From Balanoglossus misakiensis (lineage: Eukaryota > Animalia > Hemichordata): a DNA stretch of 64,000 bases. The DNA lies in NCBI GenBank assembly GCA_040954595.2, contig CM082596.2, forward strand, positions 3,899,025-3,963,024, in the 5' to 3' direction. Below the pieces are notes generated by a model that saw only the letters and a list, made by a program, of their open reading frames with translations, did not search any database and was not told the origin of the DNA. Position 1 is the stretch's first letter; every line of letters starts with the position of its first letter. Both the position numbers and the translations under genes were made by a program. Shown here in pieces: positions 35,501 through 49,900 of the stretch.

Positions 35501-37907
35501 CAGAGCTCTTTATGCACTCTGTCATAAACACTGAAACAAGAACTTAAAATATTTGTTACAAAAAATAATTTGATACCTAAAATTGAATATTACTGTCAAT
35601 GTTTTTAGCACAAAACATCATTAAAACACCAGTTAACATAGGGCAACTTACAAAACGATAGAATGATACATTTTTTGACACTCATGTTAAAAAGTTCATT
35701 TTTTCTTGCAATGCAAGCTTCCTGTCTATAGTGGAATGGAATACTTCTCTAGTGATCTGCTCGGTATTCATCCCATTTTCTTAATTTTTTGTTTTCTTGT
35801 TTTCATTTTTAATGACACTTAGAGCTCAACTAATTATTGGTGGAATGATGAATTATAAAATTACACTAAAAGCTTTTCTCTACTTTTAAATTGCACCAAA
35901 GAATTCACCATCAGGATTTTCTACACCACAACTGTGTGGGTCTTTTCATTTCTTACACAAAGTGAGGGACAATTAAATCCCCAAATTTGACTTTGTGCAA
36001 CAAATGAAGACAACTGAGAAATCATAATCTTATTTTTGGGAGTTTTTACTTCTTTTTTAGGAGCTATTTCAATTTTTTTTGGCCAACTTAAACAGCTGGA
36101 AATTAATTTTAAGCAATAGCTTGCACCCCATGTGTAAACAGTAACAAAAAATGGCAGTGTCAAACAAGAGTTACACAACCAAACACAAAAACCTCAAACA
36201 GAATAAAACATAAAAGGATTCCATAGCAACCCACATAGAATAAAAAGTATGGATATTTATTTTCGTAAATAAAATATGTGGCTTGGAAATAATTCTTATA
36301 ATATCTTATAATAGAAATCAGCTTTAACTGAAAGACACAATCAAACTCACGATTTGCAAGAGAGTTTTAAAATTTAGCTTAATTTTTTTCTTGATTGTTA
36401 TATATATTTCTACTTCTGTACAAAGGACTTGATGCACTTCAGCCCCATTAATTCTAATACTACTGGCACCATCTATAATGGCACTTGATTTTTTATATGT
36501 ATACTGTTCCCATGGAAACCAATCAAGAGATGTTTTCTCATGGTTAGCGGCAGCTTTTATAGGACTTGTTAGACTTTTTAGCAATTAAAACATAATTCTC
36601 AGAGTGGCCTCAGCTAGCAGAGTTACTGTCCATGATCAATGTTTTGTATTTTCGATAAAAAAAATTATAAATTCTTTCCTGTCTGAGAAAATCCCCTTTT
36701 TTCAGCTTTCAATTTTTAAGACACTATGGTCATCTGAAGACAGTTACGTGCTTTCAACATTGTTGTGGTTTATATTATTTAATTGTGTTTTGTTGACATA
36801 ACTGCCACAGCAGAATAATTCTGCAGTAAATGGTTGAATAATTCCATAACACTTAATGTTCCATGTAGACAGGTTTTAGTGTAACTGAATAGATTTTGGT
36901 CCGATGAAGTTGTCCCCTGTACAATATTAGGCCAGCCCCAGGTTGGTATCAAGATATCAAAATCCTGATCAATTATGCAGAAATCAAACATTGGAGCACC
37001 TGTCCTATATGATAAAGTCTTTCAGCAACTGCCTAGATTCAACATATTATACAAATAAAAGAAAATTAAAAATGTGTCATTTGTGAGAGATGGTGGTAAT
37101 AAAAATTGATGTACAACGATGACCACAGAATTTCACTGTACATGTTTCCTAAAATATGCTAAAATCTACAAATTTACAGTTATATTTTTGCGATCTATAT
37201 TTGTAAAATATGGTTCTGTAGTCACAATTTTAAAAATCCAGTTTGTTGCTGTGTTAGTAGAACTGTAGTCTCTCTGTACACAACGACACCATTCTCAGAC
37301 GTATGGATTCACACTCACACTCCTGTCACACGGCCGGAATTTGGTTCAGCTCTACTGACAAAGTTGCCAAAAAAATCTAATAATTATAAACAAATCTAAA
37401 ATTCCCTTGTCAATTTTTTTTTCATTTCATGAATGCAAACATATTTTCAGCAAGCTACGGCTGCTTGCCAAAATTCACAAATTCCATTTTAAACACATTT
37501 ATACACAGTTTTACTACCTTTGGAATTAAAAACTTTCATGTACATACATAATTGGTTAAAATGTGTTGTTATAACAACCGTAGAATCCCCTCTTCCATAC
37601 ATATAAATGAGCTTTCATGTCTAGATTCCCCTCCCATATAGGTTAAAAAGAGCTTTCATTTCAGCTCCCATCTTTTAATAATAGGTTTAAGTGTTCCCTT
37701 GTGTACTATGAAACTTGCGCAAACCCAACTCCTGGTCAACAGAATGCTATCTACCGTAATACTGTTCACTTTCCAAATCCCACACAGAGATAAGACGCAA
37801 TGCTGGCGTCTCATTTTGACCTGTTTCAGGATGCAAATCGTCTTCTTGTGCAGTCCTTCACAGAAGGTCATAGTCTTTGCAATTTCCGACGGACAACAGA
37901 AGTTTCT

Positions 37908-40900
37908 TTAAACCGTCGTGTTTGTGGATGTTGGTAGATGAGCATGCAGGCCAGGTGGTTGTCTTAGAGGCACTTCATTGACATAGTCATGGTCTGACAG
38001 GTATTCTTCGCTTCCAGCTTGCGATAGCGAAACGAAACTGTTCACACTTTTATTTAGAGACTGCCTACTTCCCGGTAACGAGTTCAAACTATTGTCTAAC
38101 GATGGCACACTTCGCATAATCCCATTCCTGTCCTGGTGATTTGGAGTTTGTAAGAGTCTGTCAGTGACTTTTCTGCCACCGTTTGGAATTAGATCCATGG
38201 GCGGCGACTGTGATAACAATGGTTGGACTACAGTGTTGTCCCCTTTGCCATACTGAAGATATTCTGGATTGTCCATTGCTGTTCTGTGCACAACTTGAGA
38301 ATAGGTCGGATTGCCATCGTCTCTGATATCTGGGTCTGCTTCAGGTTCAAAATACTCTGCAGCAAGGAAGGGGGATGGGGGAAGGGGGCAAACAAAATAA
38401 AAATCCAATGAGATAAATGTTGACTAAACAGTGAAAATAATAAAGGCCAAACTGTTGTGAACTGCATGCTAAGGTCAAGGGTCAAATATTTAGTGGTGAA
38501 CTACATAAAATAAAGCTGCAAAATAGTTCATTTACTTTTACCATATATAACTTTCAAGATGTCAAAGATATATAAGACTTAAGTGACCTTTCACCTCTAG
38601 CAAGCAAATGGAAAAGAAGACAGTTCCATTTTTGTTAGTAATGCCGGGCAAGTCGAAATGAGTGTCAAACACGTTAGAATATTTAGTGTTTATAGCAAGG
38701 CAGTCATGTCTTAAGATGCTCTCCCAATTTGAAGAAAAAATATATTGGCTGACTAAAGAGCTACACAACTCAAAAACAATCCACCAGTCTGTGTCAAAGG
38801 TATACATTCAATTGTACAAATTCAGCCACACTGACAGAGTTTGAATGCTGAAGACACAACACTTCTGAACTCACAAGATGCTGAAAGAGAATGATTTCAA
38901 AGACATAGAGTTGACAGCAGCGACAGAGAAGAAGACAGTGACTTAAAGAAGTGCTTAAGAAAAACAAAGACTTTGCTTTTATGAACACGTCAAATGACAC
39001 ACACAACATTACTCATGCATTATGTGCTAGCTGATTCAGAAATAACAATGTATGGTTTGATCTTTAGAGGTTATTTCCTAAATGAACAGGTTACTTATAG
39101 AATTAACTAAAGTTTTATTATACGTATGGTATCCAGACACTACATGTACATTTAGCAAATGCCTGATCAGTGATAGTTGTACATAAAAGCTACTGGTGAC
39201 TCAGTCTTTTCTTGATCAAAGAGTAGAACGTCTAAGATGGTTGAAATTAGGATGAAGGAGCAAACATCACTGTTACAAATTATAATTATTTAAGTCATGT
39301 GTGATGGCTTAAAATGAATGAAGTTGTGATTCAGATGTGGTTAGCAAGTCATGACATTCATTGACCAAACAATTCTAAGTATAAATCATGCAATTATCAA
39401 TCATAATTATTTTTAAATTTTAATGTTTGACGTTTCCTTCTATTTGCTTTTATTTAAGTTTAATATTTAAGTTTGTAAAATGCATTAAAAACTCATGGCA
39501 TGACTTGACTTTCCCACTCTTTACCATCCATACTGATATGTTTATTAAAATCATTTCTTTAAACTATTCACTCTAACAAAATTTCCTTAAGATTAAAATA
39601 AAAAGAGTTGCAATGGAGAGAAAGACAGAAGACTTCTATTTCAGATTCCTAACATTCAATGAAATTACAACTACTTTTAGGCTATAGGTGAGTGTTTTAA
39701 AGTATAATCCTTTTTTCTGTTTGTTTTGGTTTTGTGTTCTGTGACAACACCACAGTCTCACCTGGGTTAGTAGGTGGATAATCAGTTAAATTCCTGTAAT
39801 GAGGAGCTGTTGATATCTTGATAGGAGAAGCCGGAGATGGAGCTACATACTCCTCCAGCTCTGCTTGTGGTGGTACATAGACTGTGCAGTTAAAAATTAA
39901 CAGAAAACATATAATATCCATGAAAATATATAGAAAACTCACGGAAATCAGCCATGCAGATTTTTTTTTATTTGAAAATGTTCAAGCCGGGACTTAATTA
40001 TGATAAGAAATGGACGTAAAAAAAATTATCGGTTCTATTTATTTTTTCTTCATGCTTTGTAGTTTCATGCATGGAAATTTCCAGGAAACATTTCGACTCT
40101 AACGAAATACACATACATGATACATGAAGCAACTTCTTTACAGACACAGCAAGCACAGAATAATACAATTACTGAATAATACAATTACTGTACATGGACA
40201 TGCAAAGACATGGGACAAAATACAAAAGAAGGCAACTGTGCACTTTATCACACATGCACATATATCAACAATAACATGGCATTATTTATAAGACACGCAT
40301 TGACAAAAAAACCTTTTTGTTGAAAGCAAGACGCTCTACACTGGTTGACACTGAGTATGAGGGCAGCAAAAACATTTTCATGAGGAGTGGTTGTTAGGGG
40401 CTACATGTCACATGTCAGTCACATGACCAACATATGACTAATCACCTGGATGACCCATGACTGCTTACCTCTTTGTTTCTGTGCCTGTTTCAATAGTAGT
40501 GGATCAGTGCTGTATCTGATACTGTCTTCCTTCTTCTTAGGAGAGTGCAGTTTATCTCCCATGGTGTATTTAGGGCTGCCGATTCCCTCGCCACCTTCCG
40601 CACCATTCATATCCGGTTCATGTCTTTCATAGCTATACACAGTGTCCAACGGAGCTCCCGGCTGATATGAGGAAGAAAGACAGGATTCCTTTAATATCAA
40701 GTGTTTGCAAAAGTTCCTGTTGAGTATTGAGTGGAGTAAATACTTACAGGTGTCATGTCAATGGCTGTGTTACATATATGGGTAATTTTACCAATGGTCT
40801 GGTATCGCCATAGTTACAACGGCTGTTGGGTGATGCTTGTGAATTGCACTGGGCGCAAATGCTTACAGGCGGCCATTTTGAATTTCAAAATGGCCGCCTG

Positions 40901-43900
40901 TAAGCATTTGCGGCCATTTTGAATTTCAAAATGGCCGCCTGTAAGCATTTGCACCCAGTGCTCTATATCAGGGTGACCCCAATTTTATGACTTTGATTTT
41001 ATTCGAGACGCACACTACCTCAGTGCTTACCGGTGGTGTGTGAATGGCCATGTGTGCATAAGTTGTTGGGTATCCTGGCCCGTCACTTCCATTACTGCCA
41101 CTAAATGTAGACACAGGTTGAAGATAGTCCTCTGCATCCATGAGCAACTCTGGGCCCTCGTCTGGGAGCAGACTTCTGTAGAACTCTGTCCGTGAAGGGC
41201 TAGGCAGTGGTTCTTTGCCATCATTCTACACGAGGAAAAACACCACAATTTAGTTTCTCTGTCTAATGTTATGGAACAAGAAAAGACACACGCTGATTTA
41301 AGTCAGCGTATCAAAAAGAAAGTCAAGTATGTCTTACCTCAATTACCAAGTAACGCTGTGGATCTCGCGACATCTTGGTAAATTCTTCAACTAGTTCCCA
41401 GAAAGTGGGCCGGCTGTCAGCATCCAACATCCAACCTGTGAAAATAGACATATTCAGTGTTCCATTTTCTTAAAAAAATTCTTTTAATGTGAAAATTTGT
41501 GCTGTTTTAGACTCAAACAAATGAGTTTTTCATTTTATAATACATATTTTTATACTCACATTTCAACATAATCATGTACACATCGATGGTGCAAATCTGG
41601 GGTTGGGGCAACCTCTCACCAATCTCAAGCAAATCAGGCACATCACGGGCCTTGACCCCTTCATAAGGTTTACCCCCAAAAGTCATGAGTTCCCATACTG
41701 TGACACCAAAACTCCACACATCACTTTGATGGGTAAACCTCCTGTGTGTAATACACTCCAATGCTAGCCATTTGATTGGCATCTGAAAGCAAAAAATCAA
41801 CATTTTATTATTTCTACCGAATGCTATATACTTATAGTAATGATAACCATATACTCTTAGCCCATCTGTTTTTCATTATCATAGTAGATTAACATTTATG
41901 AATTAATACCCTGAAAAATGGAGTCAATATATTCAATATTCACCCTTTCTGACCTAGGGATGACCTTGAATTATTATTAACCCACCTTTCCACCTTCTGC
42001 TTTGTATTCTTCTTCATTAATTTCGATGAATTTGGCCAGACCAAAGTCGGTAATTTTCACTTTAGTAGGACTCTCCACAAGTACATTCCTGGCCGCCAGA
42101 TCGCGATGGACCAATCTGTGCTCTTCCAAGTACACCATACCTTTGGCGATTTGCGTACACCAATTGAGAAGATGTTGGGAGCTGACCTTGTCTTTGTGCT
42201 CACGGATGTAGTCCAGTAGCGCTCCCAATGGCATTAGTTGTGTTATCAACATCATTTTTTGAGACATGCACACGCACAACAACCGAACCAGGTGTTCATG
42301 ATTCACTGTTGCCATAACGTAAGCTTCCTGTAACCAAGGAAACAAAAAAGGCTCTGTCAGTTTACTTTCGAACATCTGAAGGTAGACAAGGGTAAGGCAT
42401 AAGATATACACATGATGCACCATTTTCTCAAATAGTTTTGTCTTGGTAAAATTTGTTAAACTCAAAGAGGAAAGTCCTACCTCAAGAAGTTCTTGATTGG
42501 CCTTGGTTGAAATACCATCCCTGATCACTTTGATTGCTACAGGAATACGTACTTTGTCACCTTCTGGCAACCACAATCCCTAAAGAAAAATATAGAAAAT
42601 GTTAAAAGTCTGTATTTGGAAGAGAGAAAAAAATAAAGCGTTAATTGTCTGTCCAGTGTCTGGAGATATATCAGAGAAAGTTAAATACCTTGTACACTGT
42701 TCCAAAGGCACCAGATCCCAAAACACCACCCTTCTTCAATTCTGTTTCTTTGATAATTCGGAGGAATGCTTGGTTGGGAGCAGCACCACTTGGTGTCAGA
42801 GGCTATCAAGTGAAATGATCATGCCTATGTTAACATATATGGTACATTGGATTTTCTTGAAGAGAATAGTTTACAAAAATATAGAAAAAGCCCCTCCACT
42901 GTTATCATCAAGGACTAGTTTTCAACCAATGTTCCTATGTATAGTTCATGTATCAGACTATCTAAATTTGATCATTATTAGGAAACAGAAAATATCACAT
43001 CATGTCAACCATGCAAATGTGTATATGTTCTCCATGCTGTGCTGTTTATCAAGACATTCACAGTGAGTTGTTTCTCATTTAATCTTAAAATATAACATTC
43101 CCAGAGCAACTAGCTCCACAGATTCAATCAGACATAAACACCTCACAAATTAAAATACACTGTGTGTGCTAATTACCTCAGCAAACGTGTCCAAAGGCTG
43201 CAACAATGCATGCAAAACGGAACAAGAAACAAATATAAAATTAGGTTTAACAAACTAACAGTAACAACAAAAACATAACACAACACAAACACAACCAAAA
43301 CTTAACAGAAATTTAAAAGATTTTTAAAATAGCTATTCATACTTAAAAACACATATACACCAATGACCATGTTGACGAGCAAATACTAAGTACGTGCTCG
43401 GTTTCAAATAGTATATAATGCAAGTTGTTAGATTGATTGATTGATTGATTAAGACACTGACATTGCCTTATTGATTGAGACAGAACGGGGAAAGGGAAGG
43501 AGAGAGACAGTGAGGAACAAGGAAATACGGAAGAGCCAGAGCTAATTTTTGTGATTATAAGTTACCTCTAAAATCACGGCAGACACATTAATAGGTGAAC
43601 AAAATTACCACACACACATGCGTAACATTGGCAGGTGTCTGTGCCACCAAACACATACCAGAAGTTAATTCCTACAGCGGGTGTTTTAAACGTTGACTTA
43701 CATAGTCTAAGTAACTCTTCCTCTTCTGATCCAGACTTCTCTGTCGCTTGTAATACCATATCAGGATCACCGCAATGACAGCCAGCAAGACAAACCCAAC
43801 CAGGCAACCAACTATGATAGGAGTACTGTCAACCCTTAGCCAAAAGATATTCAAATTTAGTCACTTTGAAATACATTCATCAGTTCAGATTAGTCACCTT

Positions 43901-46900
43901 GAAAATATTGTGTTGTGAGAAAGTCAGTGCACAAAACCACTCAGCCGAATCACCAACAGATTTAACCCTTTCACTCCCATTTCTCTTTATAGAGGTCCAA
44001 TTTTACCATAGAAAACAATGGGTTTGGACTGAACCATGGTGGTGTGGAAAGGGTTAAGTCAGGATATTGATTGATAAATCGAGAGCATACCGTTGGACTC
44101 CTATGTTATGACTGGGTATGGGCAGGCAGACGCCTTTGTCTTCCACCTCTCTGTCACCAAGGCAGGCTTTAACACACTCGTTTCCAGAACGGAAGTTTTT
44201 GCAGTTAAAGCAGGATGACCTCCTCTCATCAAAACAACCATCCAGACACTCCTCATGGCATGGTTGACACAGGTTCTTGGTGTTGGGAAATGTATTGACA
44301 GTGCAGTTGCTGACACATACTTTGTCCTCCACTATAAAGGGTTTATCCACTGGACATTCTGCCACACAGAACTGAAATAAAAACACCATAAAGGAATTAA
44401 GTGCATTGACTCGAGCAAAGAATGATGAAAGTGGCTGTATTACAATTTGATAAATATAGTGTCAATCCACCGTATCTTACATATATGATAAATTCAAAAG
44501 AATTCACTGATATTAAATGATAATTACATCCGAATATAGGTTCTATTTTATGAAGTTATGAGAGTCAGACTTTTTCTGTGAGAACATGATTTTTGTTTCA
44601 TGAAATTTATACAACACTCACTGTCACATTCCCCCTGGTCTCATCCTGCATTGGGATTTCATAATTCTCGCACTCCACACACTGGGTCGGATCGCCTCCA
44701 AGGCAACCTTGGCTGTCCACACATTCTTCATTGCACCTCCTACAAATATTATTCTCATCCGCGTAGTGGTTGTTGTAACAGTGTTGAACACAGACTCCGC
44801 CCTGTTTGTAGTTGCGACACTCCACACAGCTGTAGGGACCCTTGTCTGTACAGGAAAGGCATTCCTCATGACACGCTTGACACACCTGATAAAAAATAAA
44901 TAAAGAGATGACGATAAACTGTAAAACGCAAACCAAACAAATCACAAACATACAAAAACACTGAGACAGACAGAATGCTACACCTAAATATTCATAATCC
45001 TGTTATCACGCTAACTATACATTTTCCTTTACATAACCATAAGAAAGGCAAAAAACAAATCAAAACCAAGTCTTTGACTTCAATATGAGTGCAAAAAAAT
45101 TTGACTTACAAGCATGTCTTTATACTTTCCAGTCAGATGCATTCTTTTGAAGTGTTGTTCTGGACATTCACTCTCCGATTCCAAGCACCTTATCTACAAA
45201 AACAGAATCATTTTACGAGACTATATGAGACACATATTATCTGTTTGCAGGACAGTTACTATTTTAATTCAACACAAGGGATGTAGTCGACACTCACAGC
45301 ATGAAATAAAATGAATTTGAAATTATTTCATATCAAATTTTCAAGATTTTTTCTAATGGTACAAGGACAAACTTACCAAAGTATCATCTACATCGAGCAG
45401 GACTTGATAGCAGGAAGAACAGGCACCATCACTAATAGTGTTACCGGGACCAGTACACCTTTGACGGGAAATCAACAAATGAACATTTAATGATCACATT
45501 TTTTCCTCTTTAAATTACAAGAACCACAAGAAAAGCAATAACTTGTTCCATTTTATAGTTAATTGTTCTGTACACATCACTTTTTTCAAGATCTCGATGA
45601 GAGATTCCAACTTCAACGTGGAACCATCTGCAAAGCTTCTTCTCTGTATACCTACCCTGCATTTTCTCCTTCCAGTTTACAATTGCGATGGCACTCTAGG
45701 CACATGGAGTCTTCACCAGGATATTTAGCAACTGGACACTCCTCTTTACAAAATGGACCATCCTGCATATGCTTGCAGCTTGTACAATTATCTGCTCCCT
45801 GATGTAAAAATTAAAAGCCACCTCTAGTCAGTACATTGTCAATCGTAATGATCAAGTTCCATGTGAAGCAGGGCTGGCTCACTCTTTTTAAAGCATCATC
45901 TTGTATTTAACCCTTTTGCGAATTCACTGTTTTTATTTTAAAGATTTAATTTCTGAAATTATGACTTACCGGTCCACTACATGACCCCAGACATTCTGGG
46001 TGGCAAAGCCCACACTCAGTTTCGGAAATAAGATATTGCCTGAAAAAGATTAATAATAAGAAACATTACAAAAAAACACTAAGACCTATGCAAATATACT
46101 TTAATCAACTGAATACTTTATGTGTATTAAAGATTCTCAAAAATGTGTGAGTGGACTTACTCTTGATCAAGTTCACACTGTTCAACACATTCGTCTCCAA
46201 GCCAGAAATTCTCACATTCAATGCATTCATCTGCACGCGGTCCCCAACATCCGATACTTGTGCACTGCTCATGGCAAACAGCACCTTCATCGCCTGTGTT
46301 GTGATGAATTCATATGAAAGAGAGAGTCATGTGTCAACATTTTGGACGTCAAATATGCCTCCCACCACTGGCAATGCATCTTCATTCCAAAGGTTATTAT
46401 GCCTACTATGAATCTCAAATGCTTTTGTCCTATCCCTTTAACCATATTAAAAGGCTCAAATTGTACAAGAAGAACAGTTTGAAAGTTTAGAAAGAAATCC
46501 ATGTACAAGGCTACAAAAAAGGGCTATATAGTCTACTCACGACATGTGTCCTTAGGCCTGTTCCTTCTCACTGATGCCTTCTGTAAGTTAGGTTGTTCCA
46601 GAATGTCCGCAAACATACCAGAAGTCGCGTAGCACAGATAATTATTCTCCTGTACAAACACATTCCCCATGCTAATCTTTCTGAGAGACACCATTCCAAG
46701 TGAACGCAGTGTGGTTCCCATAATGGACAAAGCGTACCCTCTATGAAGCAATACAGAAAGAGATATATAAATCACGTTATCTTTCTTGAAATATGAACCA
46801 CCATATGTCGTCAATGAGTGGAGCAGATGACAACACTTTTTATAACTTATGGTTTACAGTCACATCTCACTCAAAAGAACAGCGATGCAAGAAACAAATC

Positions 46901-49900
46901 ACATCATGATAATCTTACTCGTAGAGATCACGTCCTTGGATTACTTCCAAATTCTGCAAGACCGACAGATCTGTCTGCTGCGGAGCCGAATGCAGAATGG
47001 TAACATATCCCGTTACTTCTCGGACCGTCTTGAACACCTCAAGTTCTCCCGGTGATATTCCAACAACACCATAGTATGGATCACTGAAAACAAAGATGAA
47101 GCAAACGTAAATGCATGCTATCTCCTGAAAAAATGAAACCATGGATAATGCATGTCATGGGTGCGTTAAGGCAGAGGCACTCAGAAAACATCTGCTTTTA
47201 GTCTCAGATTGATGCTCAGATCTCAAAATCTACCTGGGCTTTAGCAATGAGGCTGTATCATATTTCGACTTCTACATTCACTCTGCAAACTGACGTTGTA
47301 CAATCTGTATGACTTACCCATCAAAGGTGCTTGGCGTGATCATGAGGCTCCCGTCGATGACTGTACAGTTTTTGAATTTAGCGATATTGCGCTCATCCAC
47401 CTGGTCGTCACTTCCAAAATCTTCGTGGCCAAACCCAGGACATGCTGCAATGAAACAAAACATCCAACACAACAGTCAGTTTTGGGTCTCACTGAATAGA
47501 CGTACAATGAATTATCATGAATGAAAATGACTGTTTACTTTTCAACGAATATCCCCAAAACTTCGAAGAAAAAAACACCTTTTGCCATCTTGAGAAAGAC
47601 AGCTTTCAGAGCACTCACATGATATTTATTGCCTGTACTATCCCAGTTATTCCTTTACCAGAACACATGCATGGAATAATACATGAGGAAAATGCCATTC
47701 TGTTGAAGGTAATCACTTCTCGTCTATATTGCATTGATGGTTTCCACAAATTGAATCATTTCAAATATTACTTAATATCTCAACCTCTAATACCCAGTGA
47801 CACTGGTAAATCATCACCACGGGCATAACAGGTCGGTGATCAAAGGTTACATTCTAATATGATACTCTCTACAGGTAGCAAGATCATTATCTATGAGTCT
47901 GAAATTTATTTCTAGGAAACTGACTGGGTTGATCATGTAATTTAACATCCCTGTGGATGCAGCGATTGGTCAGGTGTTATGGCTTTCGATTCCGGAGCAA
48001 TTTGCGCTGATTTTGATGATAACGTTGACTTTGGCTTCCAGATTCTCTGAGGCAAACCCTTGACATGTCTATAAGGTCAGAGGTGGAACAGCCACCGCAT
48101 CAATTGCATTAAACTGCTACATCTTAAATGAGTGATGTTCTCCCATGTAATTTTCCACCTCATTGAATTTTAATGCAACTGTCAGTAACCGTCTTGAAAA
48201 TTTGCCAGTCACCAAAAGTTAAAAGCTGATAAACTAAAGACATACGGAACATTTTATCGGCAGTCTGGTCATATCAGGTTGGTCAATTTAATTTAAACTT
48301 TTATCAGCAATCACAATTTGTTGGGGTTGGGGCACTTTCGGCAACGCAGATCTATCTGCATTTTATTTAACTCCCACGGGAGTACAGACAATAAATAGCC
48401 GTGATTAGAATTGATGGCGTTTTGTATTTGCTTTGTTGAGCTGAGCGACACAAATAAACCACAATTCTGCATATTTCGCTATCGAAGAAAATGAAATATA
48501 ACCATATTTAATGTTTTAACCTGAAACTAATTGTGCACATAACCTTCTTCTTTATGTTGCTCGACATTTTCAGTTAACATTACATGATTTGGATGTTTGT
48601 CATTTCTTTCCTTTTATGAGGTTATAAATAACCCCCAGTGTCTGTAACCTAAACTCTCAACAGCCAAGCCCAACAGCTATAAACTAGAAAACTGAAAAGT
48701 GTGATGGCCTTGTAGATCTGATGTCCTAGTTTCGTTTACGTACACGGCAGTTTAAAAGATCTCAGACTCCCACCAGGGAGACAGGCAACTAACCTGTTAC
48801 GAACTGTCCACAATAATTACAAGGACATCTCCAAACATTTGAAAAAGCTATCAAACCTTCCTTCCTACCCTATTTATATACAAGCTTATCACTGGAGTAC
48901 ACTGCATGATACTTCCTTGCCCTTCCCCGCATAAAAGTTTACATCTCTATCCTATCCACTTTAAAAAATTAAATTCCATTCTACTTTATGCACAGGTGAG
49001 GGATATAGTGCCTGTTCTTTCACAGCTATAAAACACAACAACCCTTCAAGTTCACCGCCATGGTTTGGTCCAAATCCATTGTTTTTCTATGGAAAAGTCG
49101 GACCTCTCTAGAGGCAAATGGGGGTGATAGGGTTGAACAGGAGACGTGATCATTTCCACTGTTTACCTGTATAAGAGGAACGCAGCACATAAGATTTCAT
49201 TTCCCATGGTGCACTAGCACAGGCACCATCGGGAATCATAAAACCTGTCTTAAAATAGCCTTGAAGACGGTCCATCCATCTTGGGAATCTAGGCCACTGA
49301 CTCAGCCTTGACTCGACACACCTCTTCAAAACTACATTTGTTTTTTCTATCAGCCTTGTGTTAAACATTGCTAATCAACCTCTAATTCCTCTTACTCATT
49401 TCAAAGTGTTTTTCAAGCGTTATCTCGTTCACTTTATTCTTGCCAATTCATTTATATCCAGCAATACGGACACAGGCCTGTGAATTCTGCCGCTATACCC
49501 TACGTTTTATGATGCTCATAAATGTTTATTTCACATATATGTGAAAAACTACATGTCATATATCACACACTCTAAAAGAATGGCTGTAATGTGTTACTGA
49601 ACTTAGTACCTGATACGGACCCATCCCCAGGGTTTTATCCCCCAGTCCAGTGGCAATAACTTTGACATGAATATGTAAGCTACAACTTTGCCACTCTTGT
49701 TCTTCAGATACGTCTTAACCTTACGTACATCACAAAAGTATGCCATAGCCATTTACATGTTATTTGTATTCTAGTGGAGAGAAACGGATGTGCAAGTATG
49801 CTCACTCAACTGTCACACACAGAACAAAAATCATCCTGATAATCTTTAAATTGACATTTCTCTTTTAGTTTTTCCATCTCTGATTCGTAACTCCTAACTC

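Noticed and set aside
42599-43066. 155-aa plus-strand ORF and other antisense ORFs over exons
   Set aside because: Antisense shadows of EGFR/NPEPPS exons with no independent coding signal.
43659-43671. Possible 13-nt microexon in B (TAG|GAATTAACTTCTG|GTATGT)
   Set aside because: It would need a 30-nt upstream intron and would shift the frame; no counterpart was found in A.
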